From IMG/VR virus record IMGVR_UViG_3300037515_000413, positions 1-45,208 of that record: a DNA stretch of 45,208 nt; one strand, given 5' to 3'. The position numbers and the translations under genes were made by a program. Of this stretch, positions 7,782 through 17,455 are shown one piece after another (within the stretch, counting starts at the first letter, position 1; every line of letters begins with the position of its first letter). The notes under the pieces are model-generated. The model saw nothing but the letters and a program-made list of their open reading frames with translations. It did no database searches and was not told the origin of the DNA. The stretch is from a virus (lineage: Duplodnaviria > Caudoviricetes).

Positions 7782-9264
7782 AAACGCGCTCATCAACACC
7801 AGGCTCATGCAGATGGCGCGCGACCGTGACCGCGCCTACCTCCTGGACCCCGTTGGCTTCATCTCCTCCCGTCTCGGTTCTCACCTGTGGTCAAAACAGA
7901 GAGAGACCGTCGAGTCAGTCCGCGACCACAGACATACAGCCGTCCATTCGTGCCACTCGTCCGGTAAGAGTTTCGTCGCGGCCAGGACGGTCGCGTGGTG
8001 GCTGGCCTGTCACAAACCTGGAGAGGCGTTCGCGGTCACCACGGCGCCGACCTTCAAACAGGTAAAGGCCATCCTCTGGAGAGAAATCCATAGAGCATTT
8101 CGTATCGGGAAGCTCCCCGGAAGACTCAATCAGACCGAGTGGCTGATAAATGAGGAGCTGGTCGCGTTCGGCAACAAGCCGGCCGACTGGGACCCGGCGG
8201 CGTTTCAAGGGATACATGCCAAGGCTGTACTTGTGGTGATCGACGAGGCCGCGGGTGTCCCCGAGAACATCTACGAGGCGGTAGAGACCATCACGACTTC
8301 TGAATACTGTCGAATACTCGCGATTGGCAACCCTGACGACCCTTCATCGAAGTTCGCCTCCGTGTGCCTACCGGGTTCCGGGTGGAACGTCATCCATGTT
8401 GACGGGTACGCCACTCCCAACTTCACGGGGGAGGAGGTACCGGACGAACTGAGCGAACTGCTGATTGCGCCTGCGTGGGTGGATGAGAGGCGCGACGAAT
8501 GGGGTGAGGACTCTCCGTTATTCGTTTCCAAGATACGCGGCCTGTTCCCCGAAGAGGGCCAGGACCAGGTGATTCCCCTAAGTTTCATCCGCAAGTGCCA
8601 GCAGCGCGTGGACGATGAAGAGGGTGAAGCGGACCCCGGCGCGCCTGTTGAACTGCCAGAGGTCGAGCTTGGCGTGGACGTAGGGGCCGGTGGTGACGAG
8701 ACCGTGATATTTGAGAGAGTTGGGGACCGCGCGGGCAGGCACTGGCGTTACAGGACGCCCGACTGGTCGGATGCTGTCGGAAAGGTGGTACAGGCCATCA
8801 ACGAGACCGGGGCTACAAGAGTAAAGGTGGACGTGATCGGGATAGGCTGGGGCGTGGTGGGGAGACTGAAGGAGGTCACGCGCCGGGTTGAGATCGTCCC
8901 TGTGAACGTGGGGGAGGCCTCCACCAACAGTTCAAAGTGGCCCAAACTCAGGGATGAGATATGGTGGGCTGTCGGGAGAGAGCTATCGAGGTCTCAGGGG
9001 TGGGACTTGACGAACGTGGACGATTCCGTCGTTTCGCAGTTGATCGCACCGAAGTACACTCTCGATTCGTCCGGAAGGGTTAAAGTAGAGCCGAAGGAAG
9101 AGACTAAGAAGAGGCTTGGCCGCTCGCCTGACCTTGCCGACGCTCTATTGCTGGCCTTCTTCCACAAGAACACCGGGAAGGTGTCGGGGCGGCTGGCCCA
9201 GAGCATGTGGAGCGATGAGCCGAAGGTGAACGGCGCGCGCGGGGCTAGCAGGTGGAGGGACTGA
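7765..9264 (+). CDS. terL: Terminase large subunit
   Basis: Walker A SSGKS, Walker B VVIDEA, IGNP, nuclease LGVDVG..D and RSPDLADA. Confidence 0.95.
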   Translation: MTTLVENALINTRLMQMARDRDRAYLLDPVGFISSRLGSHLWSKQRETVESVRDHRHTAVHSCHSSGKSFVAARTVAWWLACHKPGEAFAVTTAPTFKQVKAILWREIHRAFRIGKLPGRLNQTEWLINEELVAFGNKPADWDPAAFQGIHAKAVLVVIDEAAGVPENIYEAVETITTSEYCRILAIGNPDDPSSKFASVCLPGSGWNVIHVDGYATPNFTGEEVPDELSELLIAPAWVDERRDEWGEDSPLFVSKIRGLFPEEGQDQVIPLSFIRKCQQRVDDEEGEADPGAPVELPEVELGVDVGAGGDETVIFERVGDRAGRHWRYRTPDWSDAVGKVVQAINETGATRVKVDVIGIGWGVVGRLKEVTRRVEIVPVNVGEASTNSSKWPKLRDEIWWAVGRELSRSQGWDLTNVDDSVVSQLIAPKYTLDSSGRVKVEPKEETKKRLGRSPDLADALLLAFFHKNTGKVSGRLAQSMWSDEPKVNGARGASRWRD

Positions 9265-9479
9265 TGGCGGAGAGTCCAATACAAGTGTCCCTTGATGACT
9301 TCCCTGATGATGTTCGCGACGTTGATGCGGGGCATTGCCCTTTCTGCCAGTACGTGGCGTTGCTTGAACAGCAACCGCGCAGACGTACCTATCAGCAAGT
9401 TCTCGCTGACAGTTACGCGTTCTCTTTGTGCCACAGAACTTTCAATGAACAGGTAGTGGCTGATGGTCACCCAGACTAA
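9264..9479 (+). CDS. Hypothetical protein
   Basis: TGATG overlap with terL; RBS GGAGG. Confidence 0.55.
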   Translation: MAESPIQVSLDDFPDDVRDVDAGHCPFCQYVALLEQQPRRRTYQQVLADSYAFSLCHRTFNEQVVADGHPD

Positions 9480-9813
9480 CGGCGCATCCACATGGACAGC
9501 CGAGCGAAACGCGAGGCTGTACGGCGCGCTGAGCGGGCACCGCCTCAGTGGGGACGGCAGCACCTACGATTCCGGGATGCGTGGGTTCTGTGGCGCTGTC
9601 CACTGGAGCACGGTTCCCAACCTCACCACCGGCGACGGGATGCTGTGGGTGCTGGAGCGGATGCGGGAGCGCGGGTGGCTGTTCACCGTTGAGGCAGTAT
9701 GGAACGGCGGATATTCAGCGGACTTCCGAAGCTCGAAATTCTTTACGGGCCACACATACGCCGCCAACCTCCCGCTGGCCGTATGTCTAGCCGCAGAGAA
9801 GGCGCTCGCATGA
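9463..9813 (+). CDS. Phage ABA-sandwich-like protein
   Basis: PNLTTGDGM..VLERM..GW...LPLAVCLAA; paralog of 33144-33548. Confidence 0.65.
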   Translation: MVTQTNGASTWTAERNARLYGALSGHRLSGDGSTYDSGMRGFCGAVHWSTVPNLTTGDGMLWVLERMRERGWLFTVEAVWNGGYSADFRSSKFFTGHTYAANLPLAVCLAAEKALA

Positions 9814-10058
9814 CCACCAAGAGCCATGTCAGCACTAGCACGTTCCCCAACATGTGCTCTGGATCAGGGGAGCGACCAGCCAGAGTGACATATAAGGGCG
9901 ACGATGGTGCCCGCCTTCCGATCAGTCGTGCACTTTGTCCAAACTGCGGGCGATGGATTTCCGACTCAGTGAAGAAGATGAAGCGTCACAAGGACCTTCG
10001 TGAGCGCCGCGGGGTTAGAAAGCGACTCTATGCGGCTTGGCAAGCCTTGATCCGTTAA
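9810..10058 (+). CDS. Hypothetical zinc-ribbon protein
   Basis: CSGSG..CPNC..H; ATGA overlap. Confidence 0.6.
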   Translation: MTTKSHVSTSTFPNMCSGSGERPARVTYKGDDGARLPISRALCPNCGRWISDSVKKMKRHKDLRERRGVRKRLYAAWQALIR

Positions 10059-10069
10059 GGGGCATCCCG

Positions 10070-12181
10070 ATGACCACCAATGGCGTAGCCGCATCCCCCA
10101 AGACGGACCGCGCGCAGGCCCAGCGGCAGATAGGCAAGCGCGGCCTGAGTATCTGGGGCGGGTTTCTCTCAGAGGAATACCTGTCGGCTCTCAAACCGTG
10201 GGCCAATGAGGTACGCGTCTATCTGGAGATGCGTGACGACACCATCATCGCCACGCTGCTCGACTCGGTGAAGATGCCCTTGCTGGCCGCGCCCATCCTG
10301 ACTGAACCCGCCTCAGACCAGCATGCCGATGCCGCGGCTGCTGAATGGCTCCAGCAGAACCTCGACTCGATGACGAAGCAGACCCTCCGTTCTCACACGA
10401 TGGACATGCTGGAAGCCCTGGACTTCGGCTTTGCCATTGGCGAGATCATCCTGGAGAAACGTCAGGACGGGAGACTGTGGCTCAGGAACATCGAACCTAG
10501 AGGCCAGGAGACCCTGCGAAGGTGGATTCCACGTGAGGACGGCGAGCCTGACGACATCGTAGGGTTTGAGCAGGCGCCGTTCCGCGGGGCGTCAATGCTG
10601 GGAATAGTCCGCGTCCCCCTGGACAAGTGCGTCCATGTGACGTTTAGGGGACGCAAGGGCTCGCCACAGGGGCGCGCGCTGTTGAGGTCGCTCTACGGTG
10701 CGTGGAAGTTCAGCAAGAACTTCCGTGTCATGGAGGGCATTGGAGTCGAGCGGGACGTTGGCGGCGCGCCGGTGTTCACGGAACCTGAGAACTCGCTGAG
10801 CGACGGTGAGAGGTCAAACGTCGAGGAGCAGCTTGAAGGGCTGAGGATGGACGAGACGGTGTACGCCATCATCCCCCACGGCGCGGAGTTGAAGCCCTAC
10901 CAGAGTTCGGCCAAGGCGTACAACGTCAGAGAGATCATCCGCGACTACGACACGCTTATCCTGATGCGGTTCTTTGCCCAGTTCCTGAAGCTCGGCATGG
11001 ACCAGGTGGGCGCGCGTAGTTTGGGCGAAGACTCGCAACTCTTCTTCTCGCTGGGCCTGAAGGCCGTGCAGGAAGAGATACTTGAAGCGTGGAACAGCCA
11101 GCTCGTGCCGTTCCTGTTCAAGTTCAACAACTTCCCGGGAATGACTGGTCTGCCTAAAGTGACGTGGGCGGACGCTGGCAAGGTGGACTTCAAGGCTGTG
11201 CTGGAATCGGTTGGGTCGGCGGTCAGCGCGAAGGTACTGACGCCCCAGCGGGACGATGAAGTCCAGATCAGGGAGATGCTCAACCTGCCTGAGCTCGCGA
11301 AGGATGAGGGCTGGCAGGACAGGAGCGCACCCGAGCCGAACCCGTTCATGCCGTTCGGTGGGGAGGAAGACACTTCGGCAGACTCAGGGCGCGGCCTAGG
11401 ACAGCCCAACGGCCGCGGCTTTGCACTGCCTGATCTGCGCACGAAGCCCGGAATCTACGAACGCTTCACCAACGCGTATCAACGCGACTTGATGACATCG
11501 TATGGCCGGTGGGCGAACGAGACGGCCAGGCTCGCGGCCCTTCCCGGACGTACCGCTGCGGACCTTGCGGGACTGATAGACGGACGCCTTGACGACCTGA
11601 GAGGGGAACTCATCTCGCTTGGGCAGAGACGTATCGGCGAGGCCGCCGGGATAGGGCTTGGAAAACCCCTTGCCCACCGCGCGGACTCTCTTGCTGTTCA
11701 ACAGGTGGTCTCAAGGATGCTTGACGAGAACATCCGCGCGCTGGACGAGTCCATCCTGCCCTCGATTCGCGAACGGTTCACATCCGACCTTGACGACGTA
11801 ATCCGTACTGGCGACGCACTGGTGCGTAAGCAATCGGTGCTGGACGCGCTGGCTTCGCGGAGGGCCAGGCTTGCGGGGTACGCGGGGAATACATGGGTGA
11901 CGATATTCGAGGCTCAGAAGGCCGCGGGTAGCGAGGAGAACCGCGATAGAAGGGCAAGGGGCGAGACGCCCATCAGGGTGAGGTGGGTGCTGGACCCCAT
12001 GGCGGAGCACTGTGCAGACGACGGGCCAAGGGCGACGTTCGGGTGTCCGTCGCTTGCGCGGGTGTATGAGGACGGCTGGGACTCGATGCCGACTGTCCCG
12101 GCTGGCAACACTTCATGTCTTGGGAACTGCCGGTGCGCCATTGAGGCGGACTTTGGCTCCGGTTGGCAGAGGATCACATGA
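10070..12181 (+). CDS. Portal protein (Mu gp29/DUF935-like) fused to a MuF-like head morphogenesis domain
   Basis: ALDFGFAIGEI, PQGRALLRSLY and IREMLNLP; C-terminal RWVLDPMAEHC...C..NCRC. Confidence 0.85.
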   Translation: MTTNGVAASPKTDRAQAQRQIGKRGLSIWGGFLSEEYLSALKPWANEVRVYLEMRDDTIIATLLDSVKMPLLAAPILTEPASDQHADAAAAEWLQQNLDSMTKQTLRSHTMDMLEALDFGFAIGEIILEKRQDGRLWLRNIEPRGQETLRRWIPREDGEPDDIVGFEQAPFRGASMLGIVRVPLDKCVHVTFRGRKGSPQGRALLRSLYGAWKFSKNFRVMEGIGVERDVGGAPVFTEPENSLSDGERSNVEEQLEGLRMDETVYAIIPHGAELKPYQSSAKAYNVREIIRDYDTLILMRFFAQFLKLGMDQVGARSLGEDSQLFFSLGLKAVQEEILEAWNSQLVPFLFKFNNFPGMTGLPKVTWADAGKVDFKAVLESVGSAVSAKVLTPQRDDEVQIREMLNLPELAKDEGWQDRSAPEPNPFMPFGGEEDTSADSGRGLGQPNGRGFALPDLRTKPGIYERFTNAYQRDLMTSYGRWANETARLAALPGRTAADLAGLIDGRLDDLRGELISLGQRRIGEAAGIGLGKPLAHRADSLAVQQVVSRMLDENIRALDESILPSIRERFTSDLDDVIRTGDALVRKQSVLDALASRRARLAGYAGNTWVTIFEAQKAAGSEENRDRRARGETPIRVRWVLDPMAEHCADDGPRATFGCPSLARVYEDGWDSMPTVPAGNTSCLGNCRCAIEADFGSGWQRIT

Positions 12182-12465
12182 CTTCACCGGGTCAGACAAT
12201 CAGCGATGACATAGCCCGTGCGCTGTTGCGGCTGCTGGAAGTGAAGCCGGGGGCGACGTTGAAGCAGGTTGCCGCCGCCCTGCTGCTGGCACGCGAGGCG
12301 CTGGAGGCTGTGGAGGGGGACTGGTCCGCGCGGGTAACGTGCTACTGGTGCGGTTTCGAGCCTGCGCCAGAGGGGCAGAGGCCTCCGTTTGAGCCGGGCG
12401 GCCAGCACCGCCCGGACTGCCTGCGCGAGCGTGCGCTGGCGGCGGTGCTGGAGGTGGGGGAGTGA
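12178..12465 (+). CDS. Hypothetical protein
   Basis: CYWC..HRPDC motif; ATGA overlap. Confidence 0.65.
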   Translation: MTSPGQTISDDIARALLRLLEVKPGATLKQVAAALLLAREALEAVEGDWSARVTCYWCGFEPAPEGQRPPFEPGGQHRPDCLRERALAAVLEVGE

Positions 12466-12629
12466 CCTGGCAACTGCGCGAGACCTTCTGCGACCGCCTT
12501 GAAGACGCGCAGCCTCCCGATGGCGAGGGGTGGGAGCCCCTAAACGCATCGCTCGACATGGTCGCCCAGTCCGCTGGTGAAGGCCGCAGGGAAATGTACC
12601 GCATCATCTGGCGGCGGGAGATGCCGTGA
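12462..12629 (+). CDS. Hypothetical protein (55 aa)
   Basis: GTGA overlaps at both ends; translated by hand (below the ORF-track cutoff). Confidence 0.55.
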   Translation: MTWQLRETFCDRLEDAQPPDGEGWEPLNASLDMVAQSAGEGRREMYRIIWRREMP

Positions 12630-12811
12630 ACCACCAGCACGTTGAATACTGCCGGACTCACGGCTGCGGCACGCCGATAGGGGAGTGGCGCGGCAACGAG
12701 TTCGTCATCACGGCTGAGAAGTTCGACATCATCACGCGTCACCACGGCGAGAGGCACATCTCAATCGTGAAGAAGCAACCCGAGCCTGAACCTGACAGGA
12801 ACCGCAAATGA
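12626..12811 (+). CDS. Hypothetical protein
   Basis: Coupled ORF; RBS GGGAG. Confidence 0.6.
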   Translation: MNHQHVEYCRTHGCGTPIGEWRGNEFVITAEKFDIITRHHGERHISIVKKQPEPEPDRNRK

Positions 12812-13002
12812 GAGTGCAGTGGACGCGATCAGGATGGGCGTTCTTCGGAGCTGGCATTCTCGTATCGCTGGCGGCTGCACTGTACGGGTTCTGGGCTGGC
12901 CCTGACCTTGACACCACGGCAACAGTGTTGCTTACCGTGGGCGGGGGAAGCATTGGACTAGGCGGCGCTTATCTCTTATGGGCCAGAGTGCTGCCTGAAT
13001 AG
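12808..13002 (+). CDS. Small two-TM membrane protein
   Basis: Two hydrophobic stretches; ATGA overlap. Confidence 0.7.
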   Translation: MRVQWTRSGWAFFGAGILVSLAAALYGFWAGPDLDTTATVLLTVGGGSIGLGGAYLLWARVLPE

Positions 13003-13070
13003 GGCCGCTTGACAAATCCATAACCCCGTGCCCAAACTAGCGTCCAAGGTTTAACGGCCTGCGCGTCATG

Positions 13071-13108
13071 GACGCCCCTTTCCGTTGCGAGAGGGGCGTT
13101 TTCTTTTT
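13071..13108 (+). terminator. Hairpin with U-tract; terminator-like and covering the protease RBS
   Basis: GACGCCCCTT/GAGGGGCGTT stem then TTCTTTTT; TTGACA at 13009. Confidence 0.55.
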
Positions 13109-14411
13109 GCGCACGGTCCGCGACCTCGAAATCTTCTCCATAGGTGAGTGGACGGACTCTCAGGGGTTCACCGACACCTATTCGTCTGACGACCTGGCGC
13201 GCATGGTGGCGAACTTCAACGCGCGCCGCCCCGAATACCTGCCAGTCAAGCTCGGCCACACTTCGCCTGAGTTCAACCACGACGTGGCGAAGGAACTCGG
13301 CCTGCCTGAGTCCCTTATCCACGGTGAGAACGGGCTTGATGGCGTCGCCTCTCTAGGCGAGATTGTCGGGCTCAGGTCTGACGGCTCCAAACTCTACGCG
13401 GACCTCCATGTGCAAGACCCGCTTGCAGGTCTTATTGAGCGCGGGTTTCTACGTCAGGTCTCGTCCGAGATGTCCGAGACGGACTCCGGCTGGGCCATTA
13501 CTGGTCTGGCCCTCCTAGGCGCGGAGAGACCCGCGGTGAAAGACCTTGAAGGGCTGGCCGCGGCTGCGGTCTACCGGCAGGCGATGAAACCGGCGCACGC
13601 GTTCGCCGCACCATGGCCGGCAAAAGTCCATATAGGGAGAGCCTCCATGTTTGAACGTGTCAAGGCGAAGCTCGGCCTGAAGGCGGACGCGTCCGAAGAG
13701 GACATGCTCGCGAGGGTCAGCAAGTTCGCTGAAGACGAAAAGAAAGAGCCGCCGCCCTTTGAAAAGGAAGACGAAGACGAAAAGGACATGGAAGAGGGAG
13801 AGGGTGCGGACATGATCGTGCGTGACGTACGCGTGCTGCTCGGCCTGAGCGATGCCGCGACCGGCGAGGAGATCGTCTCTGCGCTCCGCCAGGCGATGGG
13901 CCTGCCCGACTCTAACCAGGAACTGCCACCGGAGGCGATGGGCATGCTGAAGGAAAAGCTCACCGAAGGCCGCAAGTACACGGAAGCCCAGGGCGAAATC
14001 CGCAAGCTCACCGACCGGATTGCATCGCTCGAAAAGACCAACCGCAAGGCCCACTGGACAGCGCAGGTCTCAGACCTGAAGGCCATTGCCGGCACTCCCG
14101 GCGAACTCGCGGACAAGCTGGTCAGGATCGAGGAGAAGATCGGCCTCGACTTCGCAGAGTCCCAGCTTGCCGAGTGGAAGGCCACGGACGAACAGCTCCA
14201 GAGCGCCGGCGTCCTGAAGGCCGCGGGCAGCGCAGGAGACCGTTCCAACGCCGAGCCTCCACACCCGTTCGAAGAGAAGATCAGGACCTACATGTCGGAG
14301 AACAAGGCCACGCGGCAGGTCGCGCTTGCGCGGCTGGCGCTCGACCCGTCCACCGAAGGTGAGTTCACTAAGTGGCGCCGTGAGACCAACGACGGCGTGA
14401 AGGTGGGATAA
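13107..14411 (+). CDS. Mu gpI-like prohead protease/scaffold
   Basis: PVKLGH, RQVSSE and ALLGAERPAVKDL followed by an acidic coiled-coil; start TTG 13107 or ATG 13068. Confidence 0.85.
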   Translation: MRTVRDLEIFSIGEWTDSQGFTDTYSSDDLARMVANFNARRPEYLPVKLGHTSPEFNHDVAKELGLPESLIHGENGLDGVASLGEIVGLRSDGSKLYADLHVQDPLAGLIERGFLRQVSSEMSETDSGWAITGLALLGAERPAVKDLEGLAAAAVYRQAMKPAHAFAAPWPAKVHIGRASMFERVKAKLGLKADASEEDMLARVSKFAEDEKKEPPPFEKEDEDEKDMEEGEGADMIVRDVRVLLGLSDAATGEEIVSALRQAMGLPDSNQELPPEAMGMLKEKLTEGRKYTEAQGEIRKLTDRIASLEKTNRKAHWTAQVSDLKAIAGTPGELADKLVRIEEKIGLDFAESQLAEWKATDEQLQSAGVLKAAGSAGDRSNAEPPHPFEEKIRTYMSENKATRQVALARLALDPSTEGEFTKWRRETNDGVKVG

Positions 14412-14414
14412 GAC

Positions 14415-14801
14415 ATGGTTGTTTACAGCTTCGAGGCCGGGGCGGACCTCTCTTCGCACCAGTACCACGCGGTGCAGCTTGATGAGGACTTCCGGGTGGA
14501 TGTCATCACCGACGCCAACGCGCCGCAGCTTCCGATTGGAATCCTCCAGAACGACCCTGCGTCTGGAGAGGCCGCGGCCGTGGCCCTTCCGGGTGAAATC
14601 TGCTTCGCCGAGGCGGGCGGGACGATCACGTTCGGGCAGGAACTCGGCATGAACAACGATGGCGAATTGATCGCTGCGGCGCAGGAGACTGGCCCCGCCA
14701 CCGCCGACCTGTACGTGTTCGCAATCGCCCTTGAAGACGCCGCGGACGGCGAACACTTCAAGGTCTTGGTGCTCACCCCAATGCTGGCCTCGACTGAATA
14801 G
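14415..14801 (+). CDS. Capsid cement/decoration protein (DUF2190-like)
   Basis: IGILQNDP.SGEAA.V, AGGTITFGQEL and AIALEDAADGE; position before the MCP. Confidence 0.8.
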   Translation: MVVYSFEAGADLSSHQYHAVQLDEDFRVDVITDANAPQLPIGILQNDPASGEAAAVALPGEICFAEAGGTITFGQELGMNNDGELIAAAQETGPATADLYVFAIALEDAADGEHFKVLVLTPMLASTE

Positions 14802-14828
14802 CTCTTCGGCAGGTATAGGAGTTTCTCA

Positions 14829-15773
14829 ATGGCACTGCCAACGCTCAGAGATGTCCGTCCGGTAAACCCGGTCCTGACGGACATGTCCATCGGCCTGAAG
14901 AACGCGAAGTTCTTCTGGGACCAGATCGCGCCGGTGAAGCCTACGGACCAGCAGTCGGGGACGTACTTCATCTACACCCGCGACTACTGGATGCGCCGGT
15001 GGGAGAACGCGCTGAGGGCTCCTGAAGGGGCTTCCACTCGCATCAACTACGGCGTGTCAACCGACACGTACAACGCCCTCGAACGGTCGTTTGAGAAGCC
15101 GCTCGGAAGGGTGACGCTCAACGCCAGTCAGACGCCTGAGAACCTCCAGACCCAGGACGTTGCGTTTCTCACCAACGCCATTCAACTGGAGCTTGAAAAG
15201 CTCGCGGCGGCGGCGTTCTTCGTCACTGGAGTGTGGGGGACGTCAACCACGCTTGCGGGCGGTGACCAGTGGAGCGACTTCGCCAACTCCGACCCCATTG
15301 CGAACGTTGACACCGCCATGAACACGATTCGTAGGGGTACGGGCAACAAGCCGAACTCCATGTTCATCGGTGTGACGGCGTGGCAGAAGCTCCGGGAACA
15401 CCCGCTCATCCTCGATAAGTACAAGCACACTCAGGCCGGGATTATGACGCCCCAGCTCGTCGCGGCGGCGCTGGAGCTTGACGAGGTGATTGTCGGTGAG
15501 TCGGCTGAGAACACCGGCGCGCCTGGGGGGACTTACGCAGGAGCCGACATCTGGACTGACAACGTCCTGTTCCTGGTGAAGGCCAACCCTGCCCTTGGCA
15601 CTCCGAACGGGGGGACTTCGTTCGTCTGGAACGAGGCGAACAACGTCCCGTGGGCGGTTGAGGAATACGACGAGCCGCAGACCAAGTCCCATGTCACGGG
15701 AGTCTTTACACACGTTGACATGGAGGTCACGAGTGCGCAGTCGGGATACATCTACCTGGACGCGGTGGCGTAA
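14829..15773 (+). CDS. Major capsid protein
   Basis: NPVLTDMSIG, WSD..SDPI and W.KLREHP motifs; synteny; RBS AGGAG. Confidence 0.88.
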   Translation: MALPTLRDVRPVNPVLTDMSIGLKNAKFFWDQIAPVKPTDQQSGTYFIYTRDYWMRRWENALRAPEGASTRINYGVSTDTYNALERSFEKPLGRVTLNASQTPENLQTQDVAFLTNAIQLELEKLAAAAFFVTGVWGTSTTLAGGDQWSDFANSDPIANVDTAMNTIRRGTGNKPNSMFIGVTAWQKLREHPLILDKYKHTQAGIMTPQLVAAALELDEVIVGESAENTGAPGGTYAGADIWTDNVLFLVKANPALGTPNGGTSFVWNEANNVPWAVEEYDEPQTKSHVTGVFTHVDMEVTSAQSGYIYLDAVA

Positions 15774-15775
15774 AA

Positions 15776-15997
15776 ATGGCTCTCCGTACTTTCAGGGTGA
15801 GGAAACCATTCGACTGGAACGGGGTGAAGCTCCAGCCGGGAGACATCTGGCTCGTTGACACGGCGGGCAAAAGGTCGGGGAGAGTCCAGACGCTATTAGA
15901 CAACCGGTTTGCAATGGGCGACGCGACCCTCCCTTCGGGTAAAGAGGCGGCGGGCGACCCTGAGCTTGCACTGCAACTAGTGGGAGGCAGGACGTGA
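15776..15997 (+). CDS. Small head-associated protein
   Basis: Immediately follows the MCP. Confidence 0.7.
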   Translation: MALRTFRVRKPFDWNGVKLQPGDIWLVDTAGKRSGRVQTLLDNRFAMGDATLPSGKEAAGDPELALQLVGGRT

Positions 15998-16494
15998 CTA
16001 CAAGCCGTACTCCAGCAAGGGTGCTCATCCGTGAGCGCGGCACTGTGCAGTTCGACCAGATGGTCGGCCAGCTTGGAAACCGGGTTGAGCGCGCGTCGGC
16101 AACCTTGCCGCAGACCCCGGACGACGAGGCGCTGTTCTCAATTTCAGGCGGGAGGATCATGCTCACCGCGATCATTGGTGAGGTCACGGTGGTCATTGAG
16201 ACGCAGGCTTGTGACACGAAGTTGAAGTTCAACCCGACCGCAACGGGAGCCGACCAGGACCTGTGCGGCGTGCTGGACATCACGGCCGACGCGGTGGGCG
16301 AGATGTACACGATCACCGGGATCGTCGCGAACGCGATGAGGTCGGACCTGCTCATCGGGCAGGCGATGACGAATCACCTGATTTTGAGCGAGGGCGACAT
16401 CGAGATTGACTGCGCCGCGAACAACACCGGCGAGGTCGCGTGGACGCTGTTCTACTACCCGATTGACGACGATGCAATCGTAGAGGCGGCGTGA
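15994..16494 (+). CDS. Putative structural protein
   Basis: Beta-rich acidic 166 aa; RBS GGAGG. Confidence 0.75.
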   Translation: MTTSRTPARVLIRERGTVQFDQMVGQLGNRVERASATLPQTPDDEALFSISGGRIMLTAIIGEVTVVIETQACDTKLKFNPTATGADQDLCGVLDITADAVGEMYTITGIVANAMRSDLLIGQAMTNHLILSEGDIEIDCAANNTGEVAWTLFYYPIDDDAIVEAA

Positions 16495-16775
16495 TGAGGG
16501 TCAAGACAACCGGCGGCGCCACGACGTTCCTTTTCGAGTCGCCGTGGGAAGCCCACCAGCAGTACATGCAGAAAACAGCCACGGGCGTCAGGGGCAAGGC
16601 GTACGAGATCACGCCAAAAGGCACCGACCTGCCTGACCCGGTGGCGGCCTACGCGCTGGCGAACGTGCCGAATGTTGTTGAAGCCCCGCCTGAGCCGAGT
16701 GTCGTTGAGGTCCCGCCTGAGCCGAGCTTGCCAGAACCGGCCAAGCCGAAGCGGCGGAAATGGAGTAAAGCATGA
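16491..16775 (+). CDS. Hypothetical protein
   Basis: Coupled ORF with a tandem VVExPPEPS repeat and a basic tail. Confidence 0.7.
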   Translation: MMRVKTTGGATTFLFESPWEAHQQYMQKTATGVRGKAYEITPKGTDLPDPVAAYALANVPNVVEAPPEPSVVEVPPEPSLPEPAKPKRRKWSKA

Positions 16776-17386
16776 GCAACTACAGCCCCGGTGTGCGGAC
16801 GGTCGCGGACGGGTCGGCTGCAACGCCCAGGACAGACCGGACATCCGGCCCGCTGGCGAACATCCACGGTGACCTGTTCGAGGCGGCCTACAGGTCAGGG
16901 CTTTTTTCGGTAGCCAACCAGGCCGGCGTGACCTCACAGGCCGGGTTGTCAGCGACCACTCCCGTCCTGACGCTTGCCAACCCTCCTGGCTCAGGGAAAC
17001 TCCTGCTTGTCCATGAGGTGCGCGCGACGTTCCTGGTGGCCTTTGCCGCCGCGGCTGCGGTGTGGGTGGCAACCGGGTTCCACGCATCGACGCTGGTCAC
17101 CGGGACTCTCACGGTCACGCACCGGAACCTGAAGTTGGGGGGCGGAGACCCTTCGGGCAGGCCGTTCCTGGCTGCGACGCTCCCTGCGGCCCCTGTGGGG
17201 ATTGACCTGCTCGGGTCGGGGCTTACAGGCGCCATCACCACCACTCCAGTAGTTCAGGCGATGGTGAAGGACTACAAGGGCGGGCTGATTTTGACGCCCG
17301 GAGCGAACCTGTCAGTACAGACCAGCACGGCGTCGGGCGCATCGAGTTCGCTCTTCGCCTACACGTGGGAAGAGATTGACGAGTAG
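16772..17386 (+). CDS. Putative structural (head decoration) protein
   Basis: LANPPGSGK..W.E C-terminus; ATGA overlap. Confidence 0.75.
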   Translation: MSNYSPGVRTVADGSAATPRTDRTSGPLANIHGDLFEAAYRSGLFSVANQAGVTSQAGLSATTPVLTLANPPGSGKLLLVHEVRATFLVAFAAAAAVWVATGFHASTLVTGTLTVTHRNLKLGGGDPSGRPFLAATLPAAPVGIDLLGSGLTGAITTTPVVQAMVKDYKGGLILTPGANLSVQTSTASGASSSLFAYTWEEIDE

Positions 17387-17408
17387 CCAGAACAACGGTG
17401 AGCGACAG

Positions 17409-17437
17409 AGGCCGCCGCCCACAAGCGGCGGCCTTTT
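17409..17437 (+). terminator. Intrinsic terminator after the head genes
   Basis: AGGCCGCCGC-CCACAA-GCGGCGGCCT-TTT. Confidence 0.75.
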
Positions 17438-17455
17438 CATAAGGGAACGGCATGG

